From Hypanus sabinus (lineage: Eukaryota), in the NCBI RefSeq assembly GCF_030144855.1, contig NC_082710.1, positions 133,362,001-133,426,000 on the forward strand: DNA of 64,000 nucleotides, written 5' to 3'. Positions 49,826 through 62,489 of this stretch are shown here, piece after piece. How positions within the stretch are numbered: the first letter of the stretch is position 1; each line of letters opens with the position of its first letter. Under the pieces are notes generated by a model. The model saw only the letters and a program-made list of their open reading frames with translations. It did not search any database and was not told where the DNA came from. The position numbers and the translations under genes are program-made.

Positions 49826-50074
49826 TTAAATTGAATCCTTTAAATTTCCCCACCCATTATTGAACTGAGCCATGCAACCGAGAAATATAAATCGTTTGAG
49901 ACAGGAGTATTTGAAAGAAATGCCCTCAGAGACCTGCATTGCCATCTAAAGGTATCATAAGAATCCAGCTCTCAATCAGTAACAGATGGAGCTTGTTGAA
50001 AAATAAAGGGCTGAATAATGGATATGGAAGTCATAAAGCAGAAATTATTCAGCTCTGGAACAATTGGACATAAT

Positions 50075-51280
50075 GATGTTGTTTTTCACTGACTACAGCT
50101 CAGCGTTCAACACTACCATCCCTTGAAGCTCATCACAAGGCTCCAAACCTGGGCTTTAATACCTCCATGTGCAACTGGATCCTTGATTTCATCAGTAATA
50201 GACCCTGTTAGCCGGGATTGGCCACAATATCTCCTCCACACTCACTATTAGCACTGGTGCACACAAGACCCGGTAGTCAGCCTCCTACTTTACTCACTTT
50301 ATACCTGTGACTCTGTGGCTAAGTACAGCTCCAATGCTGTACAGTATTTAAGTTTGTTGATGGCACCAAAATGTTGGCTAAATCAAAGGTGGTGATGAAT
50401 CGGCATATAGGGGGGAGACTGAAAATCTGGTTGAATCACTCAAAATCAGCAAAACCAGGGAGCTGATTATCGATTACAAGAGAATGAAGCCAGAGATCCA
50501 TAAGCCAGTCCCCATGAGGAGATCAGAGGTGGAGAGTGTCAGAAACCGTAAATTCCTTGGCATTATCATCTCAGAGGATCTCCCCGGGACCAGGATTTAA
50601 GTGCCATCACAAAGAAGGCACTACTGCACCTCTATTTTCTTAGATGTTTGTGTAGATTTAGTATGTCACCAAAAACTCTGACAAAAACATCTATAGATGT
50701 ACAGTGGGGAGTACCCAAACCAGTCACAACTCAGCCTGGTATGGAAGTACCAACGCTCAGGAATGGAAAAGACAACAGAAGTGACTTCAGCCTAGTCCAA
50801 CGCAGGCAAAGCCCTTACCTCCATTGAGCATTTTTACATAGAGAGCAGCCACAAGAAAGCATCACCCATCATCAAATAATCCCACCATCAAGGCCGTCCT
50901 CCCTTCTTGCTACTACCATCAGGTAGGAGGTACAGAAGTCTTAAACCCTCATCTCCTGGTTCAGGAACAGATGTTACCCTACAACCATCAGGCTCTTGAA
51001 TTGCCAATGATGACTTCACTCTCCACTACTCTGAACTGACTCTATGAACTCGGACCCACTTTCATGAGCTTTTTACAACTCATATTCTCAGTATTTCTTT
51101 TCAATTTATGATTAAATTCTCTTCTTTTGCATATTGGTTGTTTGTCAGTCTTTATTTATGAATAGTTTTTCATAAATTCTTCTGTTTCCTTTACTGTTCT
51201 TTAAATGCCTGCAAGAAAATGAATCACAAAGTAGTATGCGGAAACATACACGTAGTTCAATAATAAATTTACTTTGATTA
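50075..51280 (+). mobile_element. Rex1/Babar LINE (degenerate RT and 3' end)
   Basis: Residual FTDYSSAFNT, CNWILDF, KFVDGT and LLPSGRRYRSL motifs in shifting frames. Confidence 0.85.
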
Positions 51281-51554
51281 AATATTGAGTGCTGAGTGTT
51301 GACACAAGTCAAACAGCCTTTAGTGCCCGTGGCTTTTCCTACTTGGTGGCAGTCTTGTAAACAGTGGAATTTCTGTTGATCTTTCACCAAAATTACAGCA
51401 GCGATACGAGGCATCCATCAGAATGATGTGCAACTAGTTGAAATTAATGTTTATCATTATAGCGAACTCATGGAGCAGTCAGGATCTTTTGTATGAAATA
51501 TAACTTCCTAGCAGCAAACTTCCTTCCTCGACAGATGCTGCCTACCCTGCAGAT

Positions 51555-52260
51555 ATCTGGAGTACAGTGTACTGTTCTGGTCACACTTCTATGGAAGGGA
51601 TGTCATTAAGATGGAAAGGGTGCAAAAGAGATTTACAAGGATGCTACAGTTACTGAAGGGCTGTGATTTTTTTCCTGGCATATAGGAGGCTAAGGGGGTA
51701 CTTATAGAGATTTACACAGTCATTAGGGGCACTGATATGCTGAATAGCCAGCGTAATTTCCCCAGTGTAGCAGAATCAAAAACTAGGCTTAAACTGAGAG
51801 GGGAAACATTTAAAAGGGATCTATGGGGCCACTTTTTCACAATGAGGGTGGTCAGTACAGTATAGTGAACAAACTGTCAGATGAAGTGGTAGAGGTGGGT
51901 ACAAATGGATCACTTGTGCTGGGAGCTCATTCCTCACTCACAGAACCCTCTGAGTGAAGAGATTTCCTTTAAACCTCTCACCTTTAAATCGTGACCTCCA
52001 GTTCTAACATGGGTGGAAAAAGCTTACTTGTATTTACCTTATCTATATCCCTCACTATTGTGTATACCTCTGCCAAATCTCTCCTCATTCTCCTATGCTC
52101 TTGGGAATAAAAGCCTAACTGATTCAATCTTTCCCTATAACTGAGGTCCTCAAGTAGGAAAGGTTCAGAGAGATAGGTGAAAAATGCAAGCAAATGGAAT
52201 GAGCCTAGTTACATTATAGTGGTTGGCACAGACGACAAGTTGGCCTTTTTTCTGTGCTTT
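51555..52260. mobile_element. CR1 fragments (51555-51900 plus; 51915-52155 minus)
   Basis: LEYSVLFWS.. and LSYRERL..RMRRDL remnants. Confidence 0.7.
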
Positions 52261-52295
52261 ATAGCTTTCTGGATGAAGAAAACAGATAATTAAGG

Positions 52296-54555
52296 CAGAG
52301 TTTCCCAACCTTTTTTAGTCCAATACCCCGTAAGGCACTTTCATACTTGTCAATGTCACTGTCAGGCACAATATACTTTCTAACACCCCCATAGTGTAAA
52401 AACACATCTACCATATGCTGACATGAGAAAAATGATTCTGCTTTAAATTTTTATTTGTCTTTAAACCCAGCTTACACAGTACCTGTGTGCTGTACAACAG
52501 TTTTGATATCAATGTAATCCTTCAGTTTGATGGTTTTCAGCAAGATTTGAAACATATGGTTCAAGTTGTGACAGAAAAAGCCTTAAGTCCCCATGTGCAA
52601 AAATGTCCAAGTGGTTCCTGTTTTTTGTGAGTATATGGTTCACTGCACTGAAGCCTCTTCCAACAAGCTAAGAGGATAGAAATGTAGGTGGAAGAAGTAC
52701 TCTTGCAAATCAGCATCTAGGGAAGAGAGTGTCATACTTCTCATGCTGGGAAACTATGAGAACATTCTTCTCCCAATGTTTTCCTTATATATTTCCAATT
52801 TTCCAATAAAAATGAATGCTGCACTTTTTGCCTAAAATTTGCACCTTGCAGTTTCATACTTAGAATGTTTATTTTGTCATACAGATCGGCTAGGTATGCC
52901 ACATCTCCACATAGAAGTTCAATCTTGTTTCCCAACTTCTTATTGACTCTGAGCAAAAATTCAACCACAGTGTCAAAAAAGATCAAAGAAATGTTTTAAG
53001 CAGCAGCCTTTTGACAGCCAACGCACTTTATCATTATCTCAGCATAGCTGGTGAAATATTCTGTATTTTGATGGATGGGCTTTAACTTTGTTGATAGCAG
53101 ATATTAAAAGTCATGCTTGACAAAAGTTGTAGGCTAAGGTTTTTGGCTGTGAGATGCTGATGATGAATTATACAATGGATTACAAACAGACCTGGAATTT
53201 CTTTTTTTCATAAATGACACTAAACGAGCATGGTGACTTTTTATATATGGTGCTCCAACTGTTGCACAAAAAATCCTGTTCCTAATTGGAATACTTTTAT
53301 CCTCAATATAGCTCATTGTAGATTGATTCTCCATCGATATTTGTTTTTAACTTTTTATAAAAGACGAGAATCTCTTCATAAACTTTTCCATTTTTGATCA
53401 ACCATATATATGCCATTAGCACTGCCTTGTTGTCTTGCACAGTCGACTCATCCAGTTGTTTCCCAAATTTTGTTTTTTGTGGCTCTGTGCATACTTGTTA
53501 TTCGATGTCTTCAGTTATTTCATCAACACTGAGTTATTACTCAGAGGAATTGATTTTAAGATGCTGATATCCATTTTGAGAACAGTGGTGTGCACTTCTG
53601 ATACAACAGTAATTATTAATCTTTCATCAGTTTTATGAGATATTTCCCAATTTTCTATCATTTTCAAAATGTTTTAAGAAGCAATGAGACCACTATCAAG
53701 GCCATTTTAGCTTTCTCAGCAAATAACTTGAGTGTGCAACACTTTTCAAATGCTTCTTTCATCTTCTGGCACAGACTAATATCATATGTAGCCTTTTCAG
53801 GGAGTCTTTTACGGAGTGTCCCTGCAATCTTCATGGTTTCATGGCTTCATTAGACAGTACAGTATTACAAATAAGACACTTATAAGGCATTGCTGATCTG
53901 ATGGGAACGGAATAAAACCATACTCCAGGTATGCAGCATGGTATTGACAAACTTTGTGTAGTTCCTGTTTCTTAGCAGGATTAGAATTCAATGCTTCACT
54001 GCCTCAGAGTCATAGAGACCATGTCGCATGTATTTATCCATCCATCATTAAAGTGGCTACATTAAAATTAAAAAATGTCTGATTGGCTCTATTTCACCAT
54101 TCGGTTCCGGTCAGTGTTGTATTGTTGTAAGAACAGTTTTCTGTAGAACCGTAGAGAAAGTTGAGAGGGTTTACTTGACCTGCCAACTGTTAAATTGCAT
54201 GAACTCGTTCCATGCCGTGCATCAAGCGGAACTGTTGGGCACCCTGGTTGCTAATTTATGCATCCCCAATAATGTCTGTTAGGTTGGTAAGATCGGATGA
54301 GATTGCTGAGTTTCAGATGCAGTGTGACGACGAGTGCTCACCGCCTGCAGAGCTATGATTCTTCCTGTGTCCCAGTGCCTCATCCTAATTTTTTGGAAGT
54401 GCTTGCTTTACTAACAGTTTGCCAGGTCTTGTGCCTCATGTTATCGTGCCTCTTACTGCCCACCCTAAGAATCTCAAGCGCCCCCCTGATGATGTCTATT
54501 TCCCTTAATTCCCCCCCCCACCAGATCACATAACCACCCCCAATGCAAATCATTG
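52296..54555 (-). mobile_element. hAT DNA transposon, Buster/Charlie family
   Basis: TIR CAGAGTTTCCCAACCTTTT at 52296; the opposite end is degenerate and finishes at 54555. 8-bp TSD AATTAAGG (52288-52295) / ATTTAAGG (54556-54563) with central TA. Confidence 0.85.
52520..54041 (-). pseudogene. Buster/Charlie-type hAT transposase (ZBED5/SCAND3-like), disrupted
   Basis: Fragments YLEYGFIP, CLICNTVLSNEAMKP, QLDEST, CATVGAP, CIIHHQHL, VRWLSKG, VAYLADLYDKIN.LSMKLQG and RGFS...GDLRL. Confidence 0.88.
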
Positions 54556-55302
54556 ATTTAAGGAAAAATTATTTTAAAAAAATCTGTTTTACTGGTTTAT
54601 TTTCCATGTATAAGAAACCACTACATTTTAAGTAATAGTTAATTTTACACCTTGAAGTAAAAAGCAAGACTTCTATTTATATAATGTAGTTGTGAAGCTC
54701 ACGAGGTAGATGGAAGATTATCAGCTGTGTTGCAACTTTAATATAATACAGATCATTATTTTGTGATTTCAGATATACTGTGTTCCCATCTAGACAGAAA
54801 TTAGGCAAACAATCAATTCATCTATAATGCAGATAACTTAAAATGTAGGTGTTATTGTTGTCCCTTGACATCTGCTTTGTACTGTTCCTATAAAGTGGAA
54901 ATCTGAGTGGATATGTTATGAATACATCTCAAATGTGAAGGAAGTGACTAGCAATACCCACTAAGACTGATGATGAGGCCTCAGTTATTCACTACATTGC
55001 TAATGCCTCATATAACGTGATGTTATGTTACAAAGATCTACTGATGCACTAATTCACTGAATAAAACTGTGGTAAATGATTTCGTTGTGAGTGAGTATCA
55101 TGTCACCCATTCTAGACCTGATAAAATTAGGTTCAGGATATTTAAGAGAAGTTGGAAAACATTTTTGTGCTGGATAAGTCGATGGCAAGGAAGTACTTGC
55201 AGTTGCCTTGCCTGCTGAAACGATACTATTGGAGCCATTAAAATTGGTTCTCACTCATGTATGTCACTGCACAAGCACTCATCTTTCTAACCTCTTCACC
55301 AT

Positions 55303-56194
55303 TTCAGATTCAGATTCAGTTTATTGTCATTTAGAAACCACAAACGCAATGCAGTTAAAAAATGAGACAATGTTCCTCCAGAATGATATCACAAAAGCAT
55401 ATGACAAAACAGACTACACCAGAAAATCCGCATAACGTTTGGCAATCCCCAATCCAGAGTCCAGAGAGGCTGCTGCGTATTAATATCGCGCTACCGTCTT
55501 AGCGCGTTCCCCGGAAAGGAGCTCCAAATCCACCAGACAAACAAGACCAAAAACTAAAGCTACAAGACCTGCACCAAACCACATAGTTACAACAGTGCAA
55601 ACAATAGCATAATTGATAAAAAAAAACAGACCACGGGCACAGTAAAAATAGTCCAAAGATGTTAAAGGACTATGAGTTCAAAAGAAATCACCACACAGTT
55701 TCCACAAGTCCTCAGGATCCCGACAGACTCACCATCCAACGCCGGCAGCAGAAGGGAATACCCCCGCTGTGGACTTACATGGCACCACCTGACTCAGCCT
55801 CGCAGACGCAGCAGACAATGAAAGCTCCATCGAAACCAGTCCTGCAGACGCAGCACACACCAAAAGCGACCTGACCGCAGCCGACTCCGAGTCCGTCAAA
55901 CCTCCAAGCCGTTGACCATCCCCTCCGGCACAGCTTCTCCAACCTCCATCCTCTGCCGAGCGTATTAAGACAGCCCCGCCAACGGCCATCGGCAAGGTGA
56001 CCCCGAGGACTGAGGGCCTGTTCTTCCCAGCGGAGTCCCGGACCTCACAGCAGCAGCAGCAATGAAGAAGGTCTTCCTGGAAATTTCCAGATGTTCCTCC
56101 GTGCTCCCACGTCCATTTTCAATCGCTTATGATTGCGCACGGCACCCCGCTTCACAAATAACAGATAATCAGCTCCGGAGTGGCCGCTGCAACT
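55303..56194 (-). mobile_element. Young GC/CpG-rich non-autonomous element with a Rex1-type tail
   Basis: The minus-strand end reads AAATGACAATAAACTGAATCTGAATCTGAA. The body is CpG-rich with no recognisable ORF. Confidence 0.65.
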
Positions 56195-57374
56195 CCGTTT
56201 GGATTTGCATTTAGAACTGGAATTGGGTTATTATTATCAGAACATAGTAAGGTATAATCATCTAAAGTACAGACAAAAAACTACTGTAAATTACACCCAA
56301 TGTGTAAGTATGGTGTAGGTTTGTAAGAGGTAATTGAAGAAATGCTGAGAGAATAAAAAGTTTAGGATGGGATTAGTGTAAAAATGAGTGGTTGGCACAG
56401 ATTCAGTGGGCTGAAGGGTCTTTTCCATGCTGTGTGTATGACTATAATTCTGGACTCTCTCTGCACAGCAGTAGAGATGAGGATATGTGATACACAGGCG
56501 TGAAACTGAAAGCTCATTGTTGCAGCCCATGGAACATAGAACAAATCAATGTCCAATAGGCAAATATGACAGGACAAATCACAGCAATAACACTTGGTAC
56601 TCCTGACTCAATTGTTTTACAGGAACTAACTAAACCTAACTTTACCACTCTATATCTACACCAGTTCTGAGAGTAAAACTATCTTTATTAAAATAGTGCA
56701 TTAATGTTTCTTCCACCACTATTGCAGTATAATCTTCCAGAGAGTTCTCTGAAGAACTCAGTGATTTTGTCCATTCACATTTGCACTTCTGCCCCTGAGA
56801 GAGCTGTCTGTAGTGTTCTTTACGTCTGAGGTATGATTTCCCCATTTCTAAACATTTGGAAATGAGATGGTCCGTTTGGCATTTGTTCATGAGGCAATCA
56901 TAACAGCACATGTCATATAGAACAATAATTAACTAATTGGCCAACCCACATCTATTGCCTATCATCAATGATGATTGTGGTTCTGAAGCCCTATTTGAGC
57001 TACTGCATCTACCTTCTAGTGATGATGGTCCCAAGTTATTGTTGGGTTGGGAGAGGCAGAATATAGATGCAGTCAACATGAAGAACTATAATAGTTAAGG
57101 ACACCAGGTGATGACCAACTTCCATGGACAATCAGAGTGAAGGATAAGGAAGTATGAATGAAGATACTTCATAGAAAGCCATTATACTCCGGAAGATCAT
57201 AGGCTGATCCATCACTGTGCAATCTGAGAAATACAGAAGAGTATTATAGTTGAAAGCTCCAGATTAATTCATCATGGAAGATTGATTGAAGTATTATTAA
57301 GGTTAGTTTTGCCTCGGTGAAAGCATTCCTGTCTCTGAGTTAAAATATTACCCTGGTCAACACTGCTCCAACAA

Positions 57375-57875
57375 TAACTTGGTATGTTACCAAAGCTTCT
57401 AGCAAATTTCTATAGATGTGCAGTGGAGAGCATTCTGACAGATTACATTACAGCTTGGTATAGAGGTTCCAATGTACAGAACCAAAGGAAACTGAAGATG
57501 GTTGTAAACTCAGCCAATAGCATCATGAGCACAATCCTCCCTACTATCAAGGACATCTACAAAAGGCAATGCATTAAGAAGGCAACATCCATCATTAAGG
57601 ACCCTCACCATCCAGGATATCCCCTCTTCTTATTAGGAGCAACAGAGAGGAGGTACCAGAGTTCAGGTACACATGTGCCTTTAGGAGCAGCTTCTTCAGC
57701 CCCTCCATGAAATTTCTGAACAATCCATGAACCCAAGAAGACTAAAATGCTGCTCATCTTCTGCACTATCTAATTATTGTAACTTATAATAGTTTTTATG
57801 TCTTGCACTGTACTGCTGCCACAAATTACACATTTCGTGCTATGTCAGTGATGATAAACCTGATTCTGAGTCTGA
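57375..57875 (+). mobile_element. Rex1/Babar 3' fragment
   Basis: ORF 57384-57710 reads FYRCAVESILTDYITAWY...KKATSIIKDPHHPGY, followed by the tail. Confidence 0.85.
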
Positions 57876-59244
57876 GATAGATGATGTTTTTTTTTATCTA
57901 ATGTCTCCCCATGACCGTGTGGGTATCTTCCCACACTCCAAAGACATAAGGGCTAGTAAGTAGGTAATTGGTCACATGGGCATAATTGGGTGGCATGGGT
58001 TTGTTGGGCTGGAAAAGGGCCTGTTACTGCATTGTACTTCTCCAAATCTTTAAATTGGTGGGAAGGTTTTCCATATCATAGCCATGACTACATTTCAAAA
58101 CTATGTGTGTAACACTTTGTGACACTGTGAAGTCATGCCAAGCACTGTATAAATACCAACTTTGAAACTCTCTCTGAGCCTTGACTACCCTTATTAAATT
58201 TGTTTCTGACAACTTTTTCAATTATAGTCAATGGAACCAAACATATAAGGTTGATTAAAACTGACAGCCATCTTTTAGAAATGTTTTCTGATAAAATAGG
58301 AATAATCAAAGTTTATATCTATATAGACTATAGTTCTTCAACCTGAAATGTGAACCCCATTCTGCAAATGCCACCTGAGGAGTATTTCCAGCAGAGTATT
58401 TTCTCTGCTTTTCTTTCAGATTTCTGGCATATGCAATATTTTAGATTGATATTTAAATAGTAGCGTCCACCTGTAAAAATACCCCAAGGTGCTTTACAGA
58501 TCCATCATCAAAGTGACAGGTAGTCTAAAGCTTGGACATCAAGACAGGTTTCAAGAAGCATCTTTAAGAAAGAGATCGGAGTGGAATCTTTGGATGTTTA
58601 AAGCTGGAATTAAAGAATTTGTGGCCTCAGATATTGAAAGCATAGTACCAATGCTGGAATGATTAAATTCTCGAGGGTATAAATTCCTTGCAGAGTTGTA
58701 GTTCTGGAGATATCATGGACAAGCTCCATGGGATGACGTGGGAAACTAGGATGAGAATTTCCAAAACTGATGCTTGCTTAACCAAAGATGTGTTTCTTTC
58801 CCAGATCTCCTATCTTTTACGAATGACACTATCTGTGCTGGAAGTATAGAGACTAGTTCAAAAATTGCAAGTCATTCTTTATGTGGTATGGCTTGAAACA
58901 AGGGTGTTTTAGAGCAGTTACTTTGTGCACAAAGCTGTTTAGAGACAGATGTAAATTCTCCTTTTGACAGAAACATGCATCATCAGGCAAACAAATAACT
59001 TTCAGTCCATAGGGCCATTGCAGAATCAGCTCGAGAGTTAATCAGATGAACCAGTTTAAATGAGGCGTAACTAATGGCCCAACAGTGTATAAATAAGAAA
59101 TACTGTTATACGCATAGATTGCAAACAAGACTCTGTAGTCTAATATTTTACAAAAGAGAGGCAAAAAATGTATATATTCCAGAATCCTCTGTCATGATAA
59201 TCTCTTTTCAAATACATTTGGAGCTACGTTGCTGTACTACTCTG

Positions 59245-59610
59245 GAAAAGATGGGAAGGCAGTCCATCTAAGAGAGGGAAAACTGATTTCAATCCTCTGC
59301 TGCCTTGCGGCCATACCTACTCTTGGGAAAGGCTTTGGGAGTAAACCCTGAGGACAAATCTGGAGCTGGAGTCCCTAAGGCCGTTGCCTTCAACCTCATT
59401 CTGGCAACTCGTGCGATGACACTGGTGCCAAGCTGTATCGGCCTTTGCCCTTCCCTTGGACGACATCGGTGTCATGGAGAGAGGAGACTTGCAGTATAGG
59501 TAACTGCTGGTCTTCCATACAACCCTGCCCAGGCCTGAGCCCTGGAGAGGACACTCCAGTAGCCTTTCCAGGTGCAGGTCCTGGAGAATAACAGATGCCA
59601 CCATAACAAT
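59245..59610 (+). mobile_element. Probable RTE-derived non-coding repeat
   Basis: GGCAGTCCATCTAAGAGAGGGAAAACTGATTTCAA resembles an RTE 5'-UTR motif (recalled similarity only). Confidence 0.4.
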
Positions 59611-59689
59611 ACAGATGCCTTTCATCCCAACAGGTCTTTGTCAGTTTCCAGGGGATCAAAGCCATTAATCTTCTTTCTACTTTCCTTAA

Positions 59690-59940
59690 TCCTCTGTGTA
59701 CCCTTGCAATTTATTTTCTCTCACATGCCAATCTTCTCTTTTGTTATTAACTAATCCCAAAGGACAATTAATGGTAACAAATTAACTCAGCAGCACATCT
59801 TTGGGATGTGGGATGAAAATAAAGACTTCATGGGGAACCCACACAGTTGTGGGGAAAGCATGCAAACTCCACACAGACAGCACTAGAAGTCAAAAGCAAG
59901 TCAGGTTTCTGGACCTATGAGACAATAGTGCCAGCTACCC
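59690..59940 (-). mobile_element. V-SINE
   Basis: TCTTTGGGATGTGGGATGAAA...TGCAAACTCCACACAGACAGCAC. Confidence 0.7.
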
Positions 59941-59943
59941 TAT

Positions 59944-60296
59944 CATCACCATCATTATGCGCCATGTTGTATGACATAGACAATTGTGGTTTTTGTCCAT
60001 GATTGTTCTTTGCAAATTATTCCACAGATGTAGTTTGCCATTGCTTTCTTCTGGGCAGTGTCTTTACAAGACGGGTGAGCCCAGCTTCTATCAATACTCT
60101 TCAGAGATCGTCTGCCTGGTGTCAGTGGTTGCATCACCAGGTCTTGTTATATGCACCAGCTGCTCATATGACCATCCACCACCTGCTGCAATGGCTTCAC
60201 ATGACCCTGGTCTGGGGGCTAAGCAGGCTATCGGAGGGAAGGAGCACCTTATACCTCCTTTGGTAGAGGCATATCTCCACCGTGCAAACCAACCAG
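59944..60296 (-). mobile_element. RTE/BovB-derived short non-autonomous element
   Basis: Minus strand AGAAGAAAGCAATGGCAAACTAC...ATCATGGAC is a Bov-A-like motif; (GAT)n tail; CCCTAT duplicated at 59938-59943 / 60297-60302. Confidence 0.6.
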
Positions 60297-60772
60297 CCCT
60301 ATACCACTCTATTTTGTTTTTGTAAATTGACATCTTCTAGATTGAACATCCTGTGAGACTTCTCATGCAGAAATTATTCAAATATTATAACATTCTATTC
60401 TGTTTTACAGGAAGGTATATATGAGAATTTCTGGTCATTAATTTTGTCACATTGAGAGGGTACATTTATTTCATCAATCTGTTAAGAATCATTCCACTTT
60501 TACTCTGTTGTACATCTCTGAAAGTTAATTATGGAAGAGGAATTGCAATTTCAATGAACAGCATTTTGCACAATTTAGTAATGTTTTCTTAAAATTGCAA
60601 CTATATTTTGAAGGAAATTTCCCTGTTAATTTGGAAAATCAATCTTTTCTGGGTTTCATGTTCCTCATCTTATTGATCCAAACCACATCATATTAGACTT
60701 GGAATAACACTTGTAATATTAATTTAGTATTTACTTGCTAGCATGCAGGGCAACAGAAATACAACAGTAATT

Positions 60773-60883
60773 GGTCTTGATGAAGGGTCTTGGTGCAAAA
60801 TGACAACTCCTTATTCCTTTCCATAGATGCTGCCTGATCTGTTCCTCCAGCATTTCAGCATCAGCAGAATCTCTTGTGTTTAA
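60773..60883 (+). mobile_element. Penelope-derived repeat, degenerate
   Basis: TGATGAAGGGTCTTGG...CCATAGATGCTGCCTGA. Confidence 0.7.
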
Positions 60884-62489
60884 AATATTCCAGCGAGGGT
60901 ATATAGCTGTCTAAAAGTTGCAACTCCATTATAATCCTGCTGTGATGTACTTGTAATTTTTGTTCTTTTCTTGAAAACTGTGTTTGCAATATTTGATTTA
61001 TGCTCTTTGGTCAAGCTTCAGTAGGCAGTAGCTTGCCACTTGATTACCTTTTAGGTTGCTTTGCTTTCCATCATCACTTGACAGCAGTCTTGGTTCAAAA
61101 GCAACTGTATTATGTGTGAATAGATGCTTTGAGGTCACCATTCTAACAGTGACACTTGTGTGCTTTCACTTTTTGTGTGCATTCATATATCCACTTATGC
61201 TTACAGAAGTACTTTCTTGTCAACTTGGTCTTTAAAGCCAAGATTAAGTGTTTCATTAGGCAAAGGATTCATACGTTAGGAAACCAGTGTTTACAGAGTT
61301 TACAGATAAATGGATCAAAAATAGTTGTGTCTTTAATATGGAAGCATTAATTTCCTCTTATTACTTCACCACTATGATTCCTTTGCCTCATTTCAGGCTC
61401 AACAGGGAGAGAAAGCCATGCAAATCATATGTTCTTTAAGGTTTTACGCAGGGTAATAATAGAAATGAAGTGAGCTCCATGAAGCAGTGTACTTACGGTC
61501 TGTTGGGGTGTGAAGTCAATTAGAAGTTAATGAATATACTACATTGATGGCTTCAGGATAGGATCCAGTATATTTTAATGAATTATATGAGCACATTTAT
61601 AATTACCTTCATTAGTTTTTTATTGTGCATGAATTTGAAACTGAAATCAGTTCAGCTTCAGTATTGAATTGACAAATGGGAAGACTGAAGCCAATCTGTA
61701 ACCGAAGAATGTCAGAATTCTAAATTTACTGTATAGGTTTACTTGAGAACATATTTACATAAATACATCAACAGCATCATTTTACATCAATGCAAATAGA
61801 TAATTATATGCAGTACAAATGTACTTGGCTTTATGAACTCACAATATGCTACATAATAATTCATTTAGAAATGGTGTATATAAGTGATTATAAGGTGTGA
61901 ATAAAGTTGTTTAGTGTTGTGGAGAAGAAAGAAAATTTAAAGAAAAACAAGAAAACTACATTTTTGAATAATATATTTATTTATTGGTATTTAATCTGAT
62001 AAAAATTCAATATTTTTCTTTTGATGCATGTAGGTCTATGACTTTCATGATAGGGATGCACATTTAGTGATTTACGTTTTCAACTATGCTGGAATCAATA
62101 TGATGAATTTTCAAAATATATGGATGGTTTCAATGAGTACTAAAGAAAATGTCATATATCATTTAATAATTAGCAATGTCTGCAGACAGAGATGTAACAA
62201 CATTTATTGACAAAGAAGTACAGTTCAAAGCCCATGGGGACCACTCTAATGCATCTACAGGTAATTTCTCCTTGTATATTTTAACAAATTTTAAAGGACA
62301 TGCCTTCATATCAATATAAATTGTTAGCAGATATTCCGCTAATTTCCCCAAGGAGGATGACAATGACAGTGGTAGGAATGAAGACAGATTGTAATAAGAT
62401 AAAAAGCTGTGTTCAGATGTACAGTGTTCTTGCAAAGGCTAACCTTTTCACATGGACCTGGCTATCATGTGCTCACAGTTTTGTTCAGG

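Noticed and set aside
52520-54041. Domesticated ZBED/SCAND3-like host gene
   Set aside because: Many stops and frameshifts, and it is still enclosed by TIR and TSD, so it is a dead transposon.
60180-60300. HDV-like ribozyme at the 5' end of the BovB-like element
   Set aside because: I could not assign a P3/L3 with correct spacing, so it is left as structured but unassigned.
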